The position numbers and the translations under genes were made by a program. This document shows, one piece after another, positions 1 through 11,299 of a stretch of 64,000 nt of DNA. The DNA comes from Takakia lepidozioides (taxonomy: Eukaryota; Plantae; Bryophyta), in the NCBI GenBank assembly GCA_030704615.1, contig CM060734.1, positions 6,076,001-6,140,000 on the forward strand. The letters run 5' to 3'. Position 1 is the stretch's first letter, and each line of letters opens with the position of its first letter. The notes below the pieces were generated by a model. The model was not told where the DNA came from, did not search any database, and worked only from the letters and a program-made list of their open reading frames with translations.

Positions 1-290
1 TAAGATGGATGAACTTCGTCGGCAGACGTTACAGAACATTGAAGTCACCCAACTGCGGCGGAAGGATTATTATGATAGCCGCCTTAAGCCCAAGATCTTT
101 AAAGCTCAAGATTTGATCCTTCTTTATGATAGCCGTTTTCAAAAATTTCCTAGTAAATTGAAGATGAGGTGGCTCGGGCCCTATCGGGTGGTGGAAGCTT
201 TTCCAAATGGCTCTATTCAATTGGCTACCATAATGGCGACCCATTGCTGACCCGCATCAACGGCGATCATCTTAAGTTGTACTTGACCTA
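1..290 (+). pseudogene. Ty3/gypsy integrase C-terminus (GPY/F region), frameshifted near the end
   Basis: ORF 5..250 reads KLKMRWLGPYRV. It is near-identical to the end of ORF 7824..8537 but frameshifts after SIQLATI. Confidence 0.85.
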
Positions 291-651
291 ATGTTTATGT
301 GGGCAAAATTTAGGTTAAGTGGGAGGGGGTGTCAATACGTATGTGTCTGTCAGCATTGTCATTATGAGTATATTTGCGCCGTCGGCCGTACAATCTGTTA
401 CAATGTTGGGGTGGCGGTTAGGTTTTAATCATTGACTCCATATTTGCCAGTTGTTAAGACAGGTTACCCTGAGCGATAGATAGGAGTGGGGCTCTTCTTG
501 CCATTCTTCTGGTTATCCTTCTTGTTCTCTGCCAGTGTTCTTGCAATTCGCAAAGTATGTCACAGTGAGAAGTGAGAGTACTAAGCGACAGAGAGTATTG
601 AGTGTAGTGAGTGTTGGGGAGCAAATTAGTGTTCCAAGTCAATCCGTCACG

Positions 652-3367
652 ATGGTGAAGAAAGCTGTGCAGCAACCATTGCCACCGCCGGTTTCTATGA
701 TGGCAGAAGAATTAAGGAGTTGTGACATTTCTATGATTTTGGGTGAACGAGAGCAGAAAGCATTGTGGAGACAGGCGCAGATGATGGAGTTTTTGATTCT
801 TTGTTTGAAGGGGCTGCCGAAGCCTAGCATGTCATTAGTGATGCAGTTTTACAATTCTTATGATCCTAGCTCAAAGAGTGGAATAGTGAAGGGCTCGCCG
901 ATAGTTGTTGATGCCCGCACTGTAACAGAGGTCTTGCTATTACCCTCAGCAGGGATTGAAGTTGATGGCTTTAAAGATGAATCTTTTGTTCCTGCAAGCC
1001 ATTTTAAGGAGAGTGCTTTCAATCGAACGGGGGGTTGGGCAGTTGCTAAAGCAGCGAATCCTGAAATGATGGAGTGGATGAAATTTGCAGTGAGCTGGTT
1101 AGCCCTGAAGAAGGCTGCTACTTATGTCGCGTCATCGCAACTCAATGCAGTGGTAGCGACATTCATGGGTCTGCAAATTGATTGGGCAGGATTTGTGTGT
1201 GGAAAGATCCATGAGGAGAGAATAGCAAAGAGGAAGGCTGGTAAGACCGATACTTTGTTTTGTGCAACTTATTTGTCTATGATTTTGCAGCATCGATTGA
1301 AGGTGCCACCTTCTGTCAATACAAATGTTACGGAGACTATTGACAGACCGGAGCAGGGCGAATGAAAAGGCCTCAATATTGGTGACTGATACTACCACTG
1401 TTGCATTGATAGAGCCGGGAGGCAAAAATGTAGGCAGTCAATCGTCTTTTGCGACGAAGCTCCGTGATTTGGTTGAGGGATTGCAATTGGTAGCAGCAGA
1501 AGCCCTAGATCACGTGGATTTGCAGAAATAATTGGCTGATTTGAGGAGTGTGCATACTGCTATCTTATCGCGGAATCAACAGTTGCAACTTGCGTGGGAT
1601 GATGCGAAGAAGAGAATAGAAGCAGATGTAAAGGAACTCCACAAATTCCAGGATCAGTGGAAGATGAAAGAGGCTCGTCAGCAACAGGCTATTGTTGAAA
1701 ATGATGCAGTCATTGCTACACAGGCAGAGCAGATAAGGTCAAAAGAGGCTCGTGTTAGTGAATTGGAGAGGCAGTTGGCAGAGATTACCAAACAAGTAGC
1801 AGAGATGGGGAAACAACCTGCCACCATAGTCAATCTTGAGGAACAATATGTAGCTTTGCAGCAGGAATTTGTTTCTTATCGCGCTGAGAAGCAAGGGGAG
1901 ATGGATGTGATGGAACAAACCATGAAGGCACAAATGTCTGAGTTACAACAGTTCAGAGAGACGATAAGACCTGCAGAAATTGTTGGACTCAGTGTTTTGC
2001 AGGGATGGCATGAGGTGTGCTATGCTCAGAGCCTTAGTCAAGGATACTTGTATGATAGTACTATTTTGCAATTGCTTCTCAATGGCGGAGAGGAGCCGAT
2101 TGATTTGGAGGCAGAGTGGGAAGACCTGTGTAACTATCGCATGGAGAATCTGGCCGTGGAGATGGTGGTTAGGGGAGACGTGGCAGTCGCCCACCTAGAT
2201 CAGTTTTTGTTTACTGTTGGAGATCCTGCCAGTCGCTATTTTTTGTATTATAAACAGTTGGAAGATAGACTGGAGGCGTTTCGACAATATCTCCGGGATA
2301 GGCACTGGAATCGAGTACATGCTTGTGGTTTTCTCTCTGCTATTCCAAGGCTAGATGACAAACTGTTGCCGAGGTACTTGGATATGGTGCAACCTCTGGT
2401 GGCTCAAGTGTTGGATGAGGCCCAATTCCATACGATGTTGGAGAGAGCTTATCGCAGGTATCGGCTGGTCCCGGAGTGTTTACATGGATCTGCCTATGTC
2501 TGGACGCAGACTGCAATTCAGCAAAGGGTAAGCAAGTGGATGGAAGCAAAAACTTGGCCAGAGTTATTGACGGCCAGATGGATGGAGGACTTGTACATCA
2601 ATCAACCCAGTGCTACACAAGTCACACAGGTGGGGTTTGCGATATTCGAATGATGTCACTTTCCTACTAACTGGGAGTACTTAGAGTTTTTGGGCAGGAC
2701 AGAGAAGGTCTATGCGGATTCTAACGATAAGGTGCTGCCATATTGGGAAGTGTTGTTATGGATGGGGCAGGACTATGGCCACACTGCAACGGGATAATCG
2801 ATTTTGAAGATGGGCACTCGATTAATACCAATCAGTGGACCGTGGCCACGGAATATTACAGGCCGATTTGGTGTATGTATGTGTGCGCGTCATGGTCAAT
2901 GGCACGAGAATGAGCACTTGACGTCCTTACCTTACAATTGGCCGTTAATTCCGGGAGAGTTCAGCAGTGCGGACTATTGTGAGACAACGTACAAAGCCTT
3001 TCAGGGGCTGCATGCGAATCATTTTGATCCTTTGTGTTTTATGGCAACCATCTTTTGCGGGGTTTTGGCTAAGTGGTGTCACTACTACCATGTTGTTGTT
3101 GATGTTAACAGGCCTATGTTGGGAGGACATGAATTCGGGATAGTAGCCAAGTTATTGCATCATCCGGCAAGGGAAATGAGGGTGCTAGAATTGATGTGCT
3201 TGACTGGATTTCTTCAATGTGCAGATTCTGCTATGTATGATGATTGGGGGCCTTCGCGATACCACCCCTATATGGCGTTCAAGCAGTTCCAGAAGGAAGG
3301 TGATGAGCGTGACCATCGTCGATCGCATGAGTCAGAGGAAAAGCGGAAGAAGCGGCCAAGAAATTAG
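652..3367 (+). pseudogene. Retrotransposon extra 3' ORF: Athila/env-like plant transposon domain, coiled coil and Cys/His-rich C-terminal domain
   Basis: ORFs 1325, 1532 and 2804 share one frame separated by single stops, with one frameshift near 1340. The N-terminus has the LVMQFYNSY..VKG..IVVD..V.EVLLLP and GLQIDWAGFV motifs. It lies between the integrase and a PPT. Confidence 0.7.
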
Positions 3368-3406
3368 TTGCAGAAGATATAGTGTTTGCGAGGGCACTAC
3401 ACAATT

Positions 3407-3421
3407 AGAAGTGGGGCTATG
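3407..3421 (+). other. Polypurine tract followed by TG (putative 3' LTR start at 3420)
   Basis: AGAAGTGGGGCTA then TGTAGA, about 40 bp after the ORF stop. A TATA-like CTATATAAT lies at ~3652. Confidence 0.55.
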
Positions 3422-4106
3422 TAGAATAATAGGAATTTCTGACTTATTGACAATTTTCAGAACTTTTTAATATATTTCTCATCGATATAGCCTGCGATAC
3501 CTTCGATATTGCTGCGATAGGGCAATGTTCTTCGATATCTTGTATACAGTCGATAGTCTATCTTGGACTGAATGATAGAAGAGATGGATGAATAATTGTA
3601 AAGGATAGATGAAGGAGTTTGAGCGGTTATTACAGTTATTGAAGCGCCCTGCTATATAATGCGTTCCTGAGAAGCAGAAAGTGTCAATTGAGCCAGAGAG
3701 CCATGACCGGGAGTAGGGAGAGTAGAGTGAGTAGAAGATAGACTATAGAGTTATTCTGCAATGGTAGATTTCGTACTGTGTTCTTGCAGTGTTGTGATTT
3801 ATGAATGAGAAGAAAAAGAAAAAGGAAGTGCAATTCACTTTGTATATGTGTGAAGAATGGAGTGATGGAATGAGAAGGTGTTTCTGTGTGTAAGAACTGA
3901 AGAACCATAACTATATGAGATGGTGAGAATGAGCATAAATGAAACAGATAAGAATTCGATGTGAGAATTAGTTTATGGTCTATCAAGAGAAATATCGATA
4001 GAGAGATATTCAAAGCTCAAGAAGGAGCAGATTAAGGAAACAAATATAGAAAGAGTCTTCAATTGGATTCAGGGTAGGAGTATAACAGTGAATTAAAATC
4101 ATTTGC

Positions 4107-4415
4107 ATGGCAGAGAGCCATGGTGAGGGAATAAAGGAAGTGTCGGAGTTGATCACTGGATTACCAGACCATTTATCGATAACAATCTTTCAGAAGCTTT
4201 GTTGTAGTGATAAAGAAGTAATCTTATTGCAATTGGTCAATAAAGGATGGTGTAAGGAGATATCCATCCTATACCGGAGTTGTTATTGGAAGCATAGTTG
4301 GTTGCAGAAGTGGTATAGACCATTTAAAGGCTATCATGAACTTATGAGAGAATGGAATCATAATTTTGGTGAGGGAAAATCCCTGGAGCGATTGGAGAAA
4401 CAGAATTGGTGGTGA
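4107..4415 (+). CDS. Small F-box-motif protein (102 aa) inside the putative LTR
   Basis: ELITGLPDHLSITIFQKL...LLQLVNKGW fits the plant F-box consensus LIPGLPDD...L..L...LRLVCKSW. Confidence 0.65.
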   Translation: MAESHGEGIKEVSELITGLPDHLSITIFQKLCCSDKEVILLQLVNKGWCKEISILYRSCYWKHSWLQKWYRPFKGYHELMREWNHNFGEGKSLERLEKQNWW

Positions 4416-4422
4416 AGAATAA

Positions 4423-4668
4423 TCACTAGCAAAATGTGAAGGAGAACAGATAGCATATCCTGTAGAACTAATTACCGGACTGCCTAATAGTTTGTCTCTA
4501 GATATCTTTAAAAGATTACAATGTAGCGACAAAGAGATAATCAATCTATGGTTAGTTAATAAAGAATGGTATCGAGAGCTGTTGACTTTGTATCAGAGAG
4601 ATTATTGGAGGAAAAACATAGTGGAGCAATGGTATGGAGCAATGGTATTTCCGTTCTGGAGAGTATAA
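4423..4668 (+). pseudogene. Second tandem F-box copy (no ATG, truncated by the palindrome array)
   Basis: Manual translation gives LAKCEGEQIAYPVELITGLPNSLSLDIFKRLQCSDKEIINLWLVNKEWYRELLTLYQRDYWRKNIVEQWY, collinear with 4107..4415. Confidence 0.65.
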
Positions 4669-6122
4669 AGGTTTCCCCCGGATGGAAATGCGGTGCCGCA
4701 TTTCTGTCTTACTGCTGTATGCCTGAGATGCAAAACGGAAATGCGGCGCCACATTTCCGTTCTGGAAAGTCAGAAGGTACGAGTCGAACGGAAATGCGGT
4801 CCCGCATTTCAGTTGCAGTGTTTCATGATTTACAATCAGAACGGAATGCGACACCGCATTTCCGTTCCACTGTTACATACTTTACTTGTTGGACAGAAAT
4901 GCGGCACCGCATTTCCGTTCTGGAGAGTATAAAGGTTTCCCCCAGACGGAAATGCAGTGTCGCATTTCCGTCTTACTGCTGCATGCCTGAGACGCAAAAC
5001 GGAAATGCGGCGCCGCATTTCCGTTCTGGAAAGTCAAAAGGTACGACTCGGACGGAAATGCGGTGCCGCATTTCATTTGCAGTGTTTCATGATTTACAAT
5101 TAGAACGGAAATGCAGCACCGCATTTTCGTTCTGGAGAGTATAAAGGTTTCCCCCGGACGGAAATGCGATGCCGCATTTCCGTCGCACTGCTGCATGCCT
5201 GAGATGCAAAATGCGGCGCCGCATTTCCGTTCTGGAAAGCCGGATGGTACGACCCAGATGGAAATGTGGTGCCGCATTTCCGTTCTGGAAAGCCGGAAGG
5301 TACGACTCGAACGGAAATGCGGTGCCGCATTTCAGTTGCAGTGTTTCATGATTTACAATCAGAACGAAAATGCGGCACGCATTTCCGTTCTGGAGAGTAT
5401 AAAGGTTTCACTTGGATGGAATTGCGGTGCCGCATTTCCGTTGCAGTGCTGCATGCCTGAGATGAAAAACGGAAATGTGGCGCCGTATTTCCGTTCTGGA
5501 AAGTCGGAAGGTACGACTCGGACAGAAATGCGGTGCCGCATTTCAGTTGTACTGTTTCATGATTTAGAATCAAAATGGAAATGCGGCGCCGCATTTCCAT
5601 CTCGTACATACCTTAAATGTTGGACGGAAATGCGGTGCCGCATTTCCCATTGCACTGTTACAGGCGTTGCATGTTGGACGGAAATGAGTAGCCACATTCC
5701 CGTTCTTGAAAATACAAAGGTTCACCTCGGACGGAAATGCGGTGCCGCATTTTCGTCCGACAACAATCGAAAGTAGCAAACCGGACGAAAATGCGGAACC
5801 GCATTTCTGGATTCCATTGAAAGAGCCCGGACGGAAATGCGGCATCACATTTCTGTTCCTGCCTATCCAAGGTGTCCCAGTCGATGAAAATGCGTTGTCG
5901 CTATTCTTTTCTACCGTGTCTTAATAGTCCCAGTCGACCGAAATGCGATACCGCATTTCCATTCCACCATATGCCTGCTTGTACAGTGGATTGAAATGTG
6001 GTACCGCATTTCCGTTGCACCAATGGTTTGGTTTCCCCGTTGACGGAAATGCGGTGCCGCATTTCCGATCACAATCACCGAGAGGATGATGTCGATTTGG
6101 AATGTGGGACCGCATTCCCGTT
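4645..6122. repeat. Array of ~28 palindromes CGGAAATGCGG-NN-CCGCATTTCCG with ~25-bp spacers and ~53-bp period
   Basis: Cores are at ~4681, 4733, 4786, 4839, 4892, 4945, 4997, 5051 and onward to 6042 and 6097. Spacers recur in a four-type cycle in the 5' part and are unique after ~5595. Confidence 0.95.
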
Positions 6123-6513
6123 CAGCCTTGTGCAATGGGATACATTGTTCTGAAACAACACAATTGCGGCCTGTCTTAATGAGCACAACTTGGTTGTCTA
6201 ACCGTTTTAACTAACAGTCCTGGCACTTGTCAGTGCGAACGTTCATGTCTGCACCGAGAATACTGCTGGATCCACCCTCAGGAGAAACTGTCAGCAGATG
6301 TTATTTCGTCGCCGAATCGGCCATGATTGTCATACTTACTGGATATGGAATCACACCTCCCACCTTCATGCATGTAGCTTGAAACATTATTTTCCACTTC
6401 AATGTACGACTTCCAATCGTCGATGGCCTCCGCAGTTCCAATTACGTGGTGCCTATGAGCCTTGGTCTGTCGCTATAGTGAACCTCGCACTTGCCAACTT
6501 CGTGCGGTGTTCG

Positions 6514-7823
6514 ATGGCTCCAAATTCCTACGCTATAGTTTGCTGTCCTCCGCAACTTGGGAGAGCCTGGATCCCAAAGGAGGGAGGACTTTGCAGAGTG
6601 ACTGAAACTTACCTTTGTTCCAAATTCAAGCTCAAACCGAGCACAGTTTATTTGGAAGAAGAAAGGAATGATGTTCCTGGACAGGTTGACGAGACCATTG
6701 TCGTGCTAGGTAACGACGGAGGTTGCGGAATTGAGTGGCACGTACCCCCATCAGACACCATCTTGTACCGAGTTGTGGGAATGCCCATTCCCTTTCCGAA
6801 TCAGTCGCTTCGACACCATCCACAAAGGAGTCGGGAAACCGACAGGCGGCCACTGCCAATAGAGAGGTATGCAATGATAATCATTCCCGACCTGGACTGT
6901 CAAGACCCTCCATAGCTTCTCGTGTGGAGGTATTCGACATTTCCGACGAGGAAGATGAGTGCATTGAGGTCCCCATGTCCTCCACACGGTCATTCAAATC
7001 CGACATGGACGTCTCTGCAGGTGCTACGCATGTACCCTCGAGCATAACTCCAACCCGGTCCATTGTGCAGCTCCTACGGCAACATCACCTTGATGGTTCT
7101 CGCTCCGAGCTGGCTGCTCTCGACTATGCCAAATTTCCAGTCAGGAAGGTAACGGATCTGCCTCCCGAAGTCGATGACAATGTCATCTTCGAGTTTCCAC
7201 CTGTGACTTCGTCAAACAAAGCCTCAGGGATGTTAACAGACATGGATCGAAAGCATGACGGACACCCCTGGTGTGTGACAAAGACCAGTAGCACAAAAAT
7301 TGTTGATGGTGTTCGTGTACGATACGTCCTTTGTGCGGGGAAGCTGAGGTGCCTCAATCCCGCCTGCTTCCACTTTCTCTCCAAAGGACGGCGGAGAAAC
7401 GAGACGGATTGGACTGGCACAACCCATCATCCATTCATTGTCTCCAGTCAAGCTCCGGCGGGTACTTCCAAGTGCGCACATTGCAAAGAACCACCTACGT
7501 GCATGTCCATGTGCAGAGCCAAGCAATATTATGTAATCCATTTGCTTCCGGACTTGACACGAGCTTGCATACACGTTGGGGTCCACTGCCACCCCTTGGC
7601 GAGAGGCAACATCCGGGAGGCTGTGCAGGAAGCACACGACATCATAAAAGAGGAGGTGAAATTGAGCCCCGGAGCCAGACCAAAGCAGATTCAGCTCAGG
7701 ATAGCCCACAAGATTGCTCTTGGCAAAATCATGTCTGAAGATGGTTCAGACCGAGTGCCTTTGAACGAAGAGGAGATGCTTGACCTGTTGGAGTCCGTCT
7801 CGCACTTTCACCTCCAGGATTGA
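6514..7823 (+). pseudogene. MULE-like transposase N-terminal part with GCM-type zinc domain, truncated
   Basis: DGHPW..CAGKLRCLNPAC..CAHC..CMSMC..GVHCHP matches the GCM ligand spacing. The probable ATG is at 6514 with a frameshift near 6790. The 3' end is fused to an integrase fragment at ~7850. Confidence 0.6.
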
Positions 7824-7850
7824 GTGCATGTCCGACCCCGGCCGAACTCG

Positions 7851-8537
7851 CAGTTTCTATATGAGAATATCATTACTCGATTTGGTTGTCCTCGAGAGCT
7901 TGTGAGCGACCGTGGTACTCATTTTTTAAATTCTATTATTGAGCATATGACGGCCAAATATGTCATTAAACATCGGAAGACCACTCCTTATCACCCACGG
8001 GCTGATGGTCAGACGGAGAAGACCAATGGGTTATTTTGTGGTATCCTAACAAAGACAATTTCTGGTACTGGCAGCGATTGGGATACTAAATTATTTTCTG
8101 CATTATGGGCCTATTGGACTGCATTTAAAGTTACTACCGGATTTACTCCCTTCCAGTTGGTTTATGGACAAGAGGCAATATTGCCTATTGAGCTTGAAAT
8201 TCCTTCCCTACGCATAGCTATCGAGGAACGTTTGGTCGATGTGATTGAAATGGATGAACTTCGTCGGCAGGCGTTACAGAACATTGAAGTCACCCAACTG
8301 CGGCGGAAGGATTATTATGATAGCCGCCTTAAGCCCAAGATCTTTAAAGCTCAAGATTTGGTTCTCCTTTATGATAGCCGTTTTCAAAAATTTCCTGGTA
8401 AATTGAAGATGAGGTGGCTCGAGCCCTATCGGGTGGTGGAAGCTTTTCCAAATGGCTCTATACAATTGGCTACCATAACTGGTGACCCATTGCTGACCCG
8501 CATTAACGGCGATCATCTTAAGTTGTACTTGACCTAA
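7851..8537 (+). pseudogene. Ty3/gypsy integrase (rve core and C-terminus) fragment
   Basis: Motifs IITRFGCPRELVSDRGTHF, TPYHPRADGQTEKTN and TGFTPFQLVYG. Confidence 0.9.
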
Positions 8538-8882
8538 TGTTTCTGTAGGCAAAATTTAGGTTAAGTAGGAGGGGGTGTCAATATGTATGTGTCTGTCAGC
8601 ATTGTCATTATGAGTATATTTACGCCGTTACGCCGTTGGCTGTACAATCTGTTACAATGTTGGGGTGGCGGTTAGGTTTTAATGATTGACTCTGTATTTG
8701 CCAGTTGTTAAGACATGTTACCCTGAGTGATAGATAGGAGTGGGGCTCTTCTTGCCATTCTTCTGGTTATCCTTCTTGTTCTCTGCCAGTGTTCTTACAA
8801 TTCGCAAAGTATGTCACATTGAGAAGTGAGAGTACTGAGCGATAGAGAGTGTTGGGGAGCAAATCAGTGTTCCATGTCAATC
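8250..8882 (+). repeat. Direct copy of window 5..644 (integrase end and downstream region)
   Basis: Near-identical sequence from ATGGATGAACTTCGTCGGCAG to GTTCCAWGTCAATC. Confidence 0.9.
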
Positions 8883-9659
8883 ATTGTTTATCTTATGGTG
8901 AGGCTGGGTTGACGACCAGTAGACCATATGAGTGCTCGCAGTGGATGCAGGTTTATGCTGGGAACCTAGTATTCCAAACCATAAGCTACAACAGGTTCTC
9001 TACCTGGTTACCTTGTGGAAAGGGGGATTAGAGACAGGTTGACAGCCAGTTGAATGTGAGTTTTCATCTTGGAGGTGCCACCTGTTGCTGAGGAGAGTGC
9101 CGATACGAGCACCAGCGATACTAGTAGGTATACAAGACGATGTGTGCGGTTCAGGCCATCTTCACCTTCAGTGTCTTCTTAGGAAGATTCAAACTCGGAG
9201 TTAGGAGGATTCTTGCCGAGGGTGCAAGCCATTTCCGTGCCATTGTTGTGGGGTACGAAGGAGGAAATGTATAGAGCTACCAAGGGGCCACGCTCTAGGG
9301 TTGGCCGGCCACAATTGTTCCGGACCAACCACTTATGAAGACAAGCGCCCAAACCAAACTAGCATGACACACAGTCAAGCATGCATGTGTGGGAAGAGGA
9401 TCTAATCACAAGAAACTCAAAGAACAACACCTCCCACACCTTAAATCAATCGATCTCCTTGCAGCTCCAACAGACCTGCAAGATGATCAAGTCCCTGTCC
9501 AAACTAGCTCTGCCTCCGCTTATGAAAAAGTTTTGGCCTACAGTGATGGTGGAAGACCATGGAGGAGAAAAGCTAAAGCAATCTCTAAGCCCAACATGCT
9601 CTCATCCCCATTACTCCCCTTATCTTCACACACACTCTTGCTTGAGCAATAGACAAGAC

Positions 9660-10075
9660 TATCCTTAAAGGACCTCTCAAATAACTCTCAAGGAGCCCTC
9701 AAATTATTCCCACAAACCTATGTAATCTGCCCTCACAGACCCTCAAATAGTCCCACCAAGGCTCAAGAAGTCCGCAAACTTGGACTCCAAACAATCAACC
9801 AAAAGTTATAAGCGTCTGCCAAGTGACCTCCAAGGTCGCCAAACAGTTCTCCAAACAGCCCTCACAAGGCTCCACAGCCTACCCAATATGGGCCTCTAAG
9901 GACCTCCAATAGTCCTCCAAAGAGCTCTTAAAAAGCTCCATAAATTTGCCAAATATTGGCCTCAAAGGACCCCAAATAGTCCTTCAAATAGCCCCAAAAA
10001 AACTCCACATGCCTGCAAAATATTGGCCTCAAAAGACCCCAAATAGTCCTTCAAACAATGCTCCAAAAATATCCA
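9660..10075. repeat. Degenerate ~65-bp tandem repeats
   Basis: Recurring GGCCTCAAAGGACCCCAAATAGTCCTTCAAA-like motif. Confidence 0.6.
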
Positions 10076-10082
10076 GAAGCAG

Positions 10083-10415
10083 TCGATTTTTCATCCTCAC
10101 AGACCAAATTTCATCCAGAACCACAATTTTTCATCTGCTGGCTCGATTTCATCTGCCGCTGTGAGTTTTCATCCACTTCCACGATTTCATCCGTTGGCGC
10201 AGTTTTATCCGCCGTCGTGTCCACTAGCTTAGTTTTTCATCCACTGCCACGATTTCATCCGCTGGCGCAGTTTCGTCCGCCGTCGCGATTCTTCATCCGG
10301 CATGATTTTTCATCCACTACCACGTTTCATCCTCTGGCGTGAATTCATTCGACGCCACGATTTTTCATCCACTGGTGCAATTTATCATCCGCAACCACGA
10401 TTTCATCTTTCATCC
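10083..10415. repeat. ~20-bp minisatellite
   Basis: Recurring CGATTT(T)TCATCCRC motif, roughly 15 copies. Confidence 0.75.
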
Positions 10416-11299
10416 AATGGCTCAATAGTGGTGCTCCCAACCTGTGGGCACTGTCCCCACGCATTCTCACGCGTTCTCACGTGTTCCCAGATAGTTCCCA
10501 AATGTTCCCAAACTAGGGTTTGCGCCGCTTTGGCTCTACATTTACTGCCAACGGAGCTATGACTTTTGTGAAGCAATCAGAGGTGTTGTCCTTCATTTCT
10601 TGGGCATCAATGGACCACCAAGTTGCCCCTAACTCCCAGAGCAAGCTATCTGCCACACAACAAGCTTTCTTTTGGAACTCATTGAAACAAGCATAGAACA
10701 AGCTATTGAGCTTTTTATGACATGTCATCTTCTAACCATTGTATGCACTCATAATGCTTCATTCCATGGCCATAGTGCACCCCTTCGAGCTCATAATCCA
10801 GACCTGCTCTTCCCAAGCTTGAGATTCAAACCCCAACTCAAAGCATGCTCTACAAATGCACTATCTTACACAAAAGAGAAATCAGATCTCTTTCTTCACT
10901 CCTAGCTCTCCTAAGCTTGAAGTTGAAGGCCCCCACAAGCTGAAAGCATGCTCCACACATGCACCACTTGCTTGGTTGTCACCCGAGCTCTTCTTGAACT
11001 CCTCAAACCCTACAACAACTTGCAGAATAAGAACTATCTTCACAAGCTCTCAAACAAGGAATTTCTTTGCAAAACATGCAAATACCTTATACCACAGAAG
11101 CTCTCTACCAAACTCTCTTTAGCACATGAGTGCTAACTATGCTAACACCTTACACTCATACATGTAAGCAGGTCTTCTTCTAGTGATAAGAAAGGTGAAA
11201 AGAGATGAATCCACTCTATCACTTTATATAAGTCAAGCCAATGGTACCTTTGCTAAAGGACTCCACCATACAAACCTCACCCATACTTTATTTTAAGTA

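Noticed and set aside
4645-6122. Bona fide CRISPR array
   Set aside because: The context is eukaryotic (spliced CRY, LTR elements) with no cas genes. Most spacers recur cyclically and the repeats are degenerate, so it is kept as a TE-associated palindrome array.
4552-6186. Many overlapping ORFs on both strands
   Set aside because: They are translations of the palindromic repeat (TEMR/GNAAPHF/KCG motifs in all frames).
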